Source: the human T2T-CHM13v2.0 reference genome, Homo sapiens. Taken from it: 64,000 nt of DNA. Positions 52,145 to 64,000 of this stretch are shown piece by piece. Made by a program: the position numbers and the translations under genes. Every line of letters starts with the position of its first letter. The first letter of the stretch is position 1. Under the pieces are notes generated by a model that did no database searches, was not told the DNA's origin, and saw only the letters and a program-made list of their open reading frames with translations. Location: NCBI RefSeq assembly GCF_009914755.1, contig NC_060933.1; one strand, written 5' to 3'.

Positions 52145-55100
52145 AATGGAATGGAATGGAAACAACCCTAATGGAATGGAATGTAATGGAGTGTAAGGGA
52201 ATTGAATACAATCAATCCGAATGTAATGGAATGGAATGGAACGGAATGGAATGGAATGGAATGCAGTGGAATGGAATCAAACCTAGTGCAATGGAATGGA
52301 ATGGAATGGAATGGAATGGATTGGATTCAACCCAAATGGAATGGAAAGCAATGGAATCAACGCGAGTGGAATGGCATGGAATGGAATGGAATGGAATGGA
52401 ATGGAATGGAATGGAATGGAATGGAATTAACCTGAACAGAATGGAAGGGAATGGAATGGAACGGAATGGAATGGAATCAACTCGATTGCAATGGAATGTA
52501 ATGGAATGGAATGGAATGGAATTAATGCGAATAGAATGGAATGGAATGTAATGGAACGGAATGGAATGGAATGGGATGGAATGGAATCAATCTGAGTGCA
52601 GGGGAATGGAATGGAATGGAATGCAATGGAATGGAATGGAATGGAATGGAATGCAATGGAATCAACTAGATTGCAAAGGGATGGAATGGAATGGAATGGA
52701 ATGGAAGGGAATGGAATGGAATGGAATGGAATTAACCTGAACAGAATGGAATGGAATGGAATGGAACGGAATGGAAAGGAATGGAATGGAATGGAATGCA
52801 ATGGAATGGGATCAACGCGAGTGCAGGGGAATGGAATGGAATGGAATGCAATCTAATGGAATCAATAAACCCGAGTGCAATAGAATGCAGTGGAATGGAA
52901 TGGAATGGAATGGAAAGTACCCGAATGGAATGGAATGTAATGGAGTGTAAGGGAATTAAAAAGAATCAATCCGAATGTAATGGAATGGAATTGAAAGGAA
53001 AGGAATGGAAAGGAATGGAATGGAATGGAACGGAATGAAATGGAATGGCATAGAATGGAATGGAATCAACCCGAGCGCAATGGAATGGAATGGAATGGAA
53101 TGGAATGGATTCAACCCGAATGGAATGGAAAGGAATGGAATAAACCCGAGTGAAATGGCATGGAATGGAATGGAATGGAATGGAATGGTACGGAGTAAAA
53201 TGGAATGGAACGAAATGGAATGGAATGGAATGGAATGGAATGGAATGGAAGGGAATGGAATGGGTTCAATTCGAATGGAATGGAAAGGAATGGAATCAAC
53301 CCGAGTGCAATGGCATGGAATGGAATGGAATGGAATGGAATGGAATGGAATGGAATGGATTCAACCCGAATGGAATGGAAAGGAATGGAATAAACCCGAG
53401 TGGAATGGCATGGAATAGAGTGGAATGGAATGGAATGGAATGGAATGGAATGGAATGGAATGGAATTAACCCTAATAGAATGGAATGGAATGGAATGGAA
53501 TGGAATGGAATGGAATGGAATGGAATGGAATGGAAGGGAATGGAATGGAATGGAATGGAATGGAATTAACACGAATAGAATGGAATGGAATGGAATGGAA
53601 TGGAATGGAATGGAATGGAATGGAATGGAATCAACTCGATTTCAATGGAATGGAATGGAATGTAATGGAACGGAATGGAAGGGAATGGAATGAAATTAAC
53701 CCGAATAGAATGGAATGGAATGGAATGGAATGGAATGGAATGGAATGGAATGGAATGGAATAGAATGGAATCCACCCGAGTGCAGTGGAATGGAATGGAG
53801 TGGAATGCAATGGAATGGAATCATACGGAATGGAATGGAATGGAATGGAATGGAATGAAATGGAATGGAATGCAATGGAATGGAATGGAATCAACCTGAT
53901 TGCAATGGAATGGAGTGGAATGGAATGGAATGGAATGGAAACAACCCGAATGGAATGGAATGTAATGGAGAGTAAGGGAATTGAATAGAATCAATACGAA
54001 TGTAATGGAATGGAATGGAACGGAATGGAATGCAATGGAATGGAATGGAATGGAATGGAATGGTTTCAACCCGAATGGAATGGAAAGGAATGGAATCAAC
54101 CCGAGTGGAATGGAATGGAATGGAATGGAATGGAATGGAATGGAATGGGTTCAACTCGAATGGAATGGAAAAGAATGGAATCAAACATAGTGGAATGGCA
54201 TGGAATGGAATGGAATGGAATGGAATGGAATGGAATGGAATGGAATGGAATGGATTCAACCCGAATGGAATGGAAGGGAATGGAATAAACCCGAGTGGAA
54301 TGGCATGGAATGGAGTGGAATGGAATTGAATGGAAGGGAATGGTACGGAATAGAATGGAATGGAACGAAATGGAATGGAATGGAATGAACCCGTGTGCAA
54401 TTGAATGGAATCGAATGGAATGGAATGCAATGGAATGGATTCAACTAGAATGGAATGGAAAGGAATGGAATCAACCCGAGTGGAATGGCATGGCATGGAA
54501 TGGAATGGAATGGAATGGAAAGGAATGGTACGGAATAGAATGGAATGGAACGAAATGGAATGGAATGGAATGCAATGGAATGGAATCAACCCGAGTACAA
54601 TGGAACGGAATGGAATGGAATGGAATGGAATGGAATGGAATGGAATGGAATCAACCCGAGTGCAATGGAATGGAGAGGAATGGAATGGAATGGAATGGAA
54701 ACTACCCGAATGGAATGGAATGTAACGGAGTGTAAGGGAATTGAATAGAATCAATCCGAATGGAATGGAATGGAATGGAACGGAATGTAATGGAATGGAA
54801 TGGAGTGGAATCAACCCGAGTGCAGGGGAATGGAAAGGAATGGAATGCAATGGAAGGGAATCATCCGGAATGGAATGGAATGGAATGCAATGGAATGGAA
54901 TCAACCCGAGTACAATGGAATGGAATGGAACGGAATGGAATGGAATGGAATGGAATGGAATGGAATGGAATGTAATGTAATGGAATGGAATGCCTTCAAA
55001 CCTAATGGAATGGAAAGGAATGCAATCAACACGAGTGGAATGGAATGGAACGGAATGGAATGGAATGGAATGGAATGGAATGATACGGAATAGAATGGAA

Positions 55101-56265
55101 TGGAACGAAATGGAATGGAATGGAATGGGATGGAATGGAATGGAATGGAATGGAATCGTTCCGAGTGGAATAGGAGGGAATGTATTCGAGTGGAATGGAA
55201 AGGAATGGAATCAGCAGAGTGGAATGGAAGGGAATGGAATGGAATGGAAACTAATAGAATGGAATCAACCCGAGTGGAATGGAATGGAAAGGACTGGAAT
55301 GGAATGGAATGGAATGGAATGGAATGGAATGGAATCAACTCGATTGTAATGGAATGGAATGGAATGGAATGGACTGGAATGGAATGGAATTAACCCGAAT
55401 ACAATGGAATGGAATGGAATGGAACGGAATGGAGTGGAATGGAATGGAATCAACCCGAGTGCAGGGGAATGGAATGGAATGGAATGCAATGGAATGGAAT
55501 CATCCGGAATGGAATGGAATGGAATGGAATGCAAAGCAATGGAATCAACTCGATTGTAATGGAATGGAATGGAATGGAAAGGAATACATTGGAATCAACC
55601 CGAGTGGAATGGAATGGAAAGGACTGGAATGGAGTGGAATGGAATGGAATGGAATGGAATAGAATCAACTCGATTGGAATGGAATGGAATGGAATGGAAT
55701 TAACCCGAATAGAATGGAATGGAATGGAATGCAACGGAACGGAACGGAACGGAATGAAATGGAATGGAATGGAATGGAATGGAATGGAATCCAATGGAAT
55801 GGAATCAACCCGACTGCAGGGGAATGGAATGGAATGGAAAGCAATGGAATGGATTCAACTTGAATGGAATGGAAAGAATGGAATCAACACGAGTGGAATG
55901 GCATGGGTTGGAATGGAATGGAATGGAATCAACCCGAGTACAGGGGAAAGGAATGGAATGGAATGCAATGGAATGGAATCATCCGTAATGGAATGGAAAG
56001 GAATGGAATGGAATGGAATGGAATGGAATGGAATGGAATGGCATGGAATCACCTCGATTGCAATGGAATGGAATGGAATGGAATTAACCCGAATAGAATG
56101 GAATGGAATGGAATGGAACGGAACGGAATGGAATGGAATGGAATGGAATGGAATGGAACGGAAAGGAATGGAATGGAATGGAATGGAATGGAATGGAATG
56201 GAATGGAATGGAATGGAATCAACGTGAGTGCAGGGGAATGGAATGGAATGGAATGCAATGGAATG

Positions 56266-56278
56266 GAATCTTCCGGAA
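56266..56278. promoter_or_regulatory. Heat-shock element in the inverted arm, GAAtcTTCcgGAA (also 63658-63670)
   Basis: This is the reverse complement of the same motif. The 56266 copy mirrors the 8822 copy by flanking context. Confidence 0.5.
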
Positions 56279-58099
56279 TGGAATGGAATGGAATGGAATG
56301 GAATTGAATGGAATCAACCCGAGTGCAATAGAATGGAGTGGAATGGAATGGAATGGAATGGAACAACCCGAATGGAATCGAATGTAATGGAGAGTAAGGG
56401 AGTTGAATAGAATCAATCCGAATGTAATGGAATGGAATGGAACGGAATGGAATTGAATGATATGGAATGGAATGCAATGGAATGGAATCAACCCGAGTGC
56501 AATGGAATGGAGAGGAATGGAATGGAATGGAATGGAAACTACCCGAATGGAATGGAATGTAATGGAGTGTAAGGGAATTGAATAGAATCAATCCGAATGT
56601 AATGGAATGGAATGGAACGGAATGGAATGGAATGGAATGGAATGGAATGGAATCGAATGGAATGCAATGGAATGGAATCAACCCGAGTGCAATCGAATGG
56701 AATCGAATGGAATGGAATGCAATGGAATGGATTCAACTTGAATGGAATGGAAACAATGGAATCAATACGAGTGGAATGGCATGGATTGGAATGGAATGGA
56801 ATGGAATCAACCCGAGTACAGGGTAATGGAATGGAATGGAATGCAATGGAATGGAATCATCCGTAATGTAATGGAAAGGAATGGAATGCAATGGAATGGA
56901 ATGGAATGGAATGGAATCAACTCGATTGCAATCGAATGGAATTGAATGGAATTAACCCAAATAGAATGGAATGGAATGGAATGGAACGGAACGGAATGGA
57001 ATGGAATGGAATGGAATAGAATGGAATGGAACGGAACGGAATGGAATGGAATGGAATGGAATGGAATGGAATGGAATGGAATGGAATCAACGCGAGTGCA
57101 GGGGAATGTAATGGAACGGAATGCAGTGGAATGGAATCATCCGGAATGGAATGGAATGGAATGGAATGGAATGGAATGGAATCAACCCGAGTGCAATGGA
57201 ATGGAGTGGAATGGAATGGAATGGAATGGAACAACACGAATGGAATGGAATGTAATGGAGAGTAAGGGAGTTGAATAGAATCAATCCGAATGTAATGGAA
57301 TGGAATGCAATGGATTGGAATGGAATGGAATGGAATGGAATGCAATGGAATGGAATCAACCCGAGTACAATGGAATGGAATGGAATGGAATGGAATGGAA
57401 AGCCTTCAAACCGAATGGAATGGAATGGAATGCAATCAACACGAGTGGAATGGAATGGAATGGAATGGAATGGAATGGAATGGAATGATACGGAATAGAA
57501 TGGAATGGAACGAAATGGAATGGAATGGAATGGAATGGAATGGAATGGAATGGAATGGAATCGTTCCGAGTGGAATAGGAGGGAATGTATTCGAGTGGAA
57601 TGGAAAGGAATGGAATCAACCAGAGTGGAATGGAAGGGAATGGAATGGAATGGAAACTAATAGAATGGAATCAACCCGAGTGGAATGGAATGGAAAGGAC
57701 TGGAATGGAATGGAATGGAATGGAATGGAATGGAATGGAATCAACTCGATTGTAGTGGAATGGAATGGAATGGAATGGAATGGAATGGAATTAACCCGAA
57801 TACAATGGAATGGAATGCAAAGGAATGGAGTGGAATGGAATGGAATCAACCCGAGTGCAGGGGAATGCAATGGAATGGAATGCAATGGAATGGAGTCATC
57901 CGGAATGGAATGGAATGGAATGGAATGCAAAGCAATGGAATCAACTCGATTGCAATGGAATGGAATGGAATGGAAAGGAATACATTGGAATCAACCCGAG
58001 TGGAATGGAATGGAAAGGACTGGAATGGAATGGAATGGAATGGAATGGAATGGAATGGAATGGAATCAGCTCGATTGGAATGGAATGGAATGGAATGGA

Positions 58100-58880
58100 A
58101 TGGAATGGAATTAACCCGAATAGAATGGAATGGAATGGAATGGAACGGAACGGAACGGAATGGAATGGAATGGAATGGAATGGAATGGAATGGAATCAAC
58201 CCGACTGCAGGGGAATGGAATGGAATGGAATGCAATGGAATCAACCCGAGGACAGGGGAATGGAATGGAATGGAATGCAATGGAATAGAATCATCCGTAA
58301 TGGAATGGAAAGGAATGGAATGTAATGGAATGGAATGGAATGGAATGGAATGGAATGGAATCAACTCGATTGCAATCGAATGGAATGGAATGGAATTAAC
58401 GCGAATAGAATGGAATGGAATGGAATGGAACGGAACGGAATGGAATGGAATGGAATGGAATGGAACGGAAAGGAATGGAATGGTATGGAATGGAATGGAA
58501 TGGAATGGAATGGAATTAACCCGAATAGAATGGAATGGAATGGAATGGAACGGAACGGAACGGAATGGAGTGGAATGGAATGGAATGGAATGGAATGGAA
58601 TGGAATCAACCCGACTGCTGTGGAATGGAATGGAATGGAATGCAATGGAATCAACCCGAGTACAGGGGAATGGAATGGAATGGAATGCAATGGAATAGAA
58701 TCATCCGTAATGGAATGGAAAGGAATGGAATGGAATGGAATGGAATGGAATGGAATGGAATGGAATCAACTCGATTGCAATCGAATAGAATGGAATGGAA
58801 TTAACGCGAATAGAATGGAATGGAATGGAATGGAACGGAACGGAATGGAATGGAATGGAATGGAATGGAATGGAAAGGAA
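58100..58880 (-). repeat. ~410-bp tandem duplication
   Basis: ccgactgc occurs at 58201 and 58611, tagaatcatccgtaa is in both copies, and ttaacgcgaatag is at about 58396 and 58801. Confidence 0.85.
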
Positions 58881-61800
58881 TGGAATGGAATGGAATGGAA
58901 TGTAATGGAATGGAATCAACGCGAGTGCAGGGGAATGGAATGGAATCGAATGTAATGGAATGGAATGGAATGGAATCAACCCGAGTGCAGGGGAATGTAA
59001 TGGAACAGAATGCAACGGAATGGAATCATCCGGAATGGAATGGAATGGAATGGAATGCAAAGCAATGGAATCAACTCGATTGCAATGGAATGGAATGGAA
59101 TGGAAAGGAATAGAATGGAATCAACCCGAGTGTAATGGAATGGAAAGGACTGGAATGGAGTGGAATGGAATGGAATGGAATGGAATGGAATGGAATGGAA
59201 TGGAATCAACTCGATTGGAATGGAATGGAATGGAATGGAATGGAATGGAATGGAATGGAATGGAATTCACCCGAAGAGAATGGAATGGAATGGAATGGAA
59301 CGGAATGGAATGGAATGGAATGGAATGGAATGGAATGGAATGGAATGGAATGGAATCAACCCGACTGCAGGGGAATGGAATGGAATGGAATGGAATGGAA
59401 TGGAATGGAATCATCCGGAACGGAATGGAATGGAATGGAATGGAATCAACTCGATTGCAATGGAATGGAAGGGAATGGAATGGAATCGAATGTAATGGAA
59501 TGGAATTAACCAGAATAGAATGGAATGGAATGGAATGGAACGGAACGGAATGGAATGGAATGGAATGGAATGGAATGGAACGGAATGGAATGGAATGGAA
59601 TGGAATGGAATGGAATGGAATCAACCCGAGTGCAGGGGAATGGAATGGAATGGAATGCAATGGAATGGAATCATCCGGAATGGAATGGAATGGAATGGAA
59701 TGCCATCAAGATGATGCAATGGAATGCAGTGGAATGGAATGGAATGGAATGGAAACATCCCGAATGGAAGGGAATGTAATGGAGTGTAAGGGAATTGAAT
59801 AGAATCAATCCGAATGTAATGGAATGGATTCTAATGAAATGGAATGGAATGGAATGGAATGGAATCAACCCGAGTGCAATGGAATGGATTCGAATGGAAT
59901 GGAATGGAATGGATTCAACAAGAATGGAATGGAAAGGAATGGAATCAACCCGAGTGTAATGGCATGGAATGGAACGGAATGGAATGGGATGGAATGCAAT
60001 GGTACGGAATAGAATGGAATGGAATGAAATGGAATGGAATGGAATGGAATGGAATGGAATGGAATGAACCCGTGTGCAATGGAATGGAATGGAATGGAAT
60101 GGATTCAACTCGAATGGAATCAACTCGATTGCAATGGAATGGAATGGAATGGAAAGGAATAGAATGGAATCAACCCGAGTGGAATGGAATGGAAAGGACT
60201 GGAATGGAGTGGAATGTAATGGAATGGAATTAACCCGAATAGAATGAAATGGAACGGAATGGAACGGAATGTAATGCAATGGAATCGAATGGAATCAACC
60301 CGAGTGCAGGGGAATGGAATGGAATGGAATGCAATGCAATGGAATCATCCGGAATGGAATGGAATGGAATGGAATGGAATGGAATCAACTCGATTTCAAT
60401 GGAATGGAATGGAATAGAATGGAATGGAATTAACACGAATAGAATGGAATGGAATGGAATGGAATGGAACAGAAAGGAATGGAATGGAATGGAATGGAAT
60501 CAACCCAAGTGCAGGGGAATGGAATGGAATGGAATTCAATGGAATGGAATCATCCGGAATGGAATGGAATGGAATGGAATGGAATGGAATGGAATGGAAT
60601 GGAATCAACCCGAGTGCAATGGAATGGAGAGGAATGGAATGGAATGGAATGGAAACTACCCGAATTGAATGGAATGTAATGGAGTGTAAGGGAATTGAAT
60701 AGAATGAATCCGAATGGAATGGAATGGAATGGAAAGGAATGGAATGGAATGGAATGGAATGCAATGCCATGGAATCAACCCGAGTGCAATCGAATGGAAT
60801 CGAATAGAATGGAATGCAATGGAATGGATTCAACTTGAATGGAATGGAAAGAATGGAATCAACACGAGTGGAATGGCATGGATTGGAATGGAATGGAATG
60901 GAATCAACCCGAGTACAGGGGAATGGAATGGAATGGAATGAAATGGAATGGAATCATACGTAATGTAATGGAAAGGAATGGAATGGAATGGAATGGAATG
61001 GAATGGAATGGAATGGAATGGAATGGAATGGAATCAACTCGATTGCAATCGAATGGAATGGAATGGAATTAACCCGCATAGAATGGAATGGAATGGAATG
61101 GAATGGAACGGAACGGAACGGAATGGAATGGAATGGAATGGAATGGAATGGAACGGATCAGAATGGATTGGAATGGAATGGAATGGAATCAACACGAGTG
61201 CAGGGGAATGGAATGGAATGGAATGCAATGCAATGTAATCTTCCGGAATGGAATGGAATGGAATGCAATGGATTCAACTCGATTGCAATGGAATGGAATA
61301 GAATGGAATGGAATGGAATGGAATGGAATTAACCCGAATAGAATGGAATGGAAGGGAATGGAACGGAACGGAACGGAACGGAACGGAATGGAATGGAATG
61401 GAATTGTATGGAATGGAATGGAATGGTACGGAATAGAATGGAATGGAAAGAATTGGAATGGAATGGAATCGAATGGAATGGAATGGAATGGAATGGAATC
61501 AACCCGAGTGCAAGGGAATGTAATGGAACGGAATGTAATGGAATGGAATCATCCGGAATGGAATGGAATGGAATGGAATGGAATAGAATGGAATGGAATG
61601 GAATCAACCCGAGTGCAATGGAATGGAGTGGAATGGAATGGAACGGAATGGAACAACCCGAATGGAATGGAATGTAATGGAGAGTAAGGGAGTTGAATAG
61701 AATCAATCCGAATGTAATGGAATGGAATGGAACGGAATGGAATTGAATGGAATGGAATGGAATGCAATGGAGTGGAATCAACCCGAGTGCAATGGAATGG

Positions 61801-64000
61801 AGAGGAATGGAATGGAATGGAATGGAAACTACCCGAATGGAATGGAATGTAATGGAGTGTAAGGGAATTGAATAGTATCAATCCGAATGGAATGGAATGG
61901 AATGGAACGGAATGGAATGGAATGGAATGGAATGGAATGGAATGGAATCGTTCGGAGTGGAATAGGAGGGAATGTATTCGGGTGGAATGGAAAGGAATGG
62001 AATCAACCAGAGTGGACTGGAAGGGAATGGAATGGAATGGAAACTAATAGATTGGAATAAACCCGAGTGGAATGGAATGGAAAGGACTGGAATGGAATGG
62101 AATGGAATGGAATGGAATCAACTCGATTGTAATGGAATGGAATGGAATGGAATGGAATGGAATGGAATGGAATGGAATTAACCCGAATACAATGGAATGG
62201 AATGGAATGGAATGGAATGGAACGGAATGGAGTGGAATGGAATGGATTCAACCCGAGTGCAGGGGAATGGAATGGAATGGAATGCAATGGAATGGAATCA
62301 TCCGGAATGGAGTGGAATGGAATGGAATGCAAAGCAATGGAATGAACTCGATTGCAATGGAAAGAGATGGAATGGAAAGGAATAGAATGGAATCAACCTG
62401 ATTGGACTGGAATGGAAAGGACTGGAATGGAGTGGAATGGAATGGAATGGAATGGAATGGAATGCAATGGAATGGTATGGAATGGAATGGAATGGTACGG
62501 AATAGAATGGAATGGAAGGAATTGTAATGGAATGGAATTCAATGGAATGGAATGGAATGGAATGGAATCAACGCGAGTGCAGGGGAATGTAATGGAACGG
62601 AATGCAATGGAATGGAATCATCCGGAATGGAATGGAATGGAATAGAATGGAATCAACCCGAGTGCAATGGAATGCAGTGGAATGGAATGGAATGGAATGG
62701 AACAACCCGAATGGAATGGAATGTAATGGAGAGTAAGGGAGTTGAATAGAATCAATCAGAATGTAATGGAATGGAATGCAACGGAATGGAATGGAATGGA
62801 GTATAATGGAATGCAATGGAATGGAATCAACCCGAGTACAATGGAATGGAATGGAATGGAAAGGAATGGAATGGAATGCCTTCAACCCGAATGGAATGGA
62901 AAGGAATGGAATCAACACGAGTGGAATGGAATGGAATGGAATGGAATGGAATGGAATGGAATGGAATGGAATGGAATGGAATGATACGGAATAGGATGGA
63001 ATGGAACGAAATGGAATGGAATGGAATGGAATGGAATGGAATGGAATGGAATGGAATCGTTCCGAGTGGAATAGGAGGGAATGTATTCGAGTGGAATGGA
63101 AAGGAATGGAATCAACCAGAGTGGAATGGAAGGGAATGGAATGGAGTGGAAACTAATAGAATGGAATCAACCATAGTGGAATGGAATGGAAAGGACTGGA
63201 ATGGAAAGGAATGGAATGGAATGGAATGGAATGGAATGGAATGGAATGGAATGGAATGGAATCAACGCGAGTGCAGGAGAATGGAATGGAATCGAATGGA
63301 ATGGAATGGAATGGAATCAACCCGAGTGCAGGGGAATGTAATGGAACGGAATGCAATGGAAAGGAATCATCCGGAATGGAATGGAATGGAATGGAATGGA
63401 ATCAACCCGAGTGCAATGGAATGGAGTGGAATGGAATGGAATGGAATGGAACAACCCGAATGGAATGGAATGTAATGGAGAGTAAGGCAGTTGAAAAGAA
63501 TCAATCCGAATGTAATGGAATGGAATGGAACGGAATGTAATGGAATGGAATGGAATGGAATGGAATGCAATGGAATGGAATCAACCCGAGTACAATGGAA
63601 TGGAATGGAATGGAATGGAATGGAACGGAATGGAATGGAATGGAATGCAATGGAATGGAATCTTCCGGAATGGAAAGGAATGGAATGGAATGGAATGGAA
63701 TGCAATGGAATGGAATCAACCCAAGTACAATGGAATGGAATGGAATGGAATGGAATGGAATGGAATGGAATGGAATGCCTTCAAACCTAAAGGAATGGAA
63801 AGGAATGCAATCAACACGAGTGGAATGGAATGGAATGGAATGGAATGGAATGGAATGGAATGATACCGAATAGAACGGAATGGAACGAAATGGAATGGAA
63901 TGGAATGGAATGGAATGGAATGGAATGGAATCGTTCCGAGTGGAATAGGAGGGAATGTATTCGAGTGGAATGGAAAGGAATGGAATCAGCAGAGTGGAAT

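Larger units (their letters stand above)
1..64000. repeat. Human Satellite III (HSat3) pericentromeric tandem array, (CATTC)n with A(C/T)TCGGGTTG-type interruptions
   Basis: The window is continuous CATTC/GGAAT pentamers with recurrent ACTCGGGTTGATTCC, ATTCGGGTTAATTCC and GCAATCGAGTTG words. This is the classical satellite 3 signature (pentamer plus CAACCCGA(A/G)T decamer). No unique sequence longer than about 20 bp is visible. Confidence 0.98.
52141..64000 (-). repeat. Inverted HSat3 arm, (GGAAT)n on +
   Basis: From 52141 the + strand reads acggaatggaatgg... and every punctuation word appears reverse-complemented (caacccgagt, caactcgattgc). Confidence 0.97.

Noticed and set aside
52141-54550. 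Junction as a fold-back chimeric-read or assembly artefact
   Set aside because: An artefactual fold-back would be nearly identical to the adjacent sequence, whereas these arms differ by many substitutions and large deletions. Read support should still be checked.
1-64000. Hundreds of ORFs (MEWNG and HSIPF repeats, up to 515 aa)
   Set aside because: They are the expected artefact of a stop-free pentamer. They overlap in all six frames and show no domain, codon or splice structure.
1-64000. CRISPR-like look (constant words separated by variable-length stretches)
   Set aside because: The intervening stretches are repetitive pentamers, not unique spacers. There is no leader or cas gene and the sequence is a eukaryotic satellite.
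1-64000. Assignment as HSat2, alpha satellite or telomeric repeat
   Set aside because: CATTCGATTC-type words are rare, and there is no 171-bp monomer, CENP-B box or TTAGGG run.
1-64000. Transposon or other foreign insertion (Alu, L1, viral), including at the inversion junction
   Set aside because: No non-satellite tract, poly-A tail or target-site duplication is visible anywhere.

Overview
The whole 64 kb is primate, almost certainly human, classical Satellite III (HSat3). It consists of (CATTC)n/(GGAAT)n pentamer runs punctuated by recurrent words such as ACTCGGGTTG and GCAATCGAGTTG. I see no real genes, RNA genes, transposons or CRISPR arrays, and all listed ORFs (MEWNG/HSIPF repeats) are translation artefacts of the pentamer. 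The interest is structural. (1) There is a clean strand switch at 52141-52144, C-rich to the left and G-rich to the right. The right arm is a diverged, deleted but collinear mirror of the left arm, making a giant imperfect palindrome. (2) There is a very recent tandem duplication, 5444-21644 and 21639-42687, whose copies differ by a 335-bp and a 5193-bp indel with readable breakpoints. (3) Older duplications of about 4.8, 2.6, 1.1, 0.41 and 0.18 kb are nested within this. (4) Two HSat3 sequence dialects are arranged L-C-L-C | C-L. (5) Only the L dialect carries perfect heat-shock elements (TTCcgGAAgaTTC) and a perfect 14-bp palindrome. (6) The 5-bp register is strongly conserved and nearly all slips are -1. 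All alignments were done by eye, so the chromosome assignment (9q12 is plausible) and all functional roles are inference.
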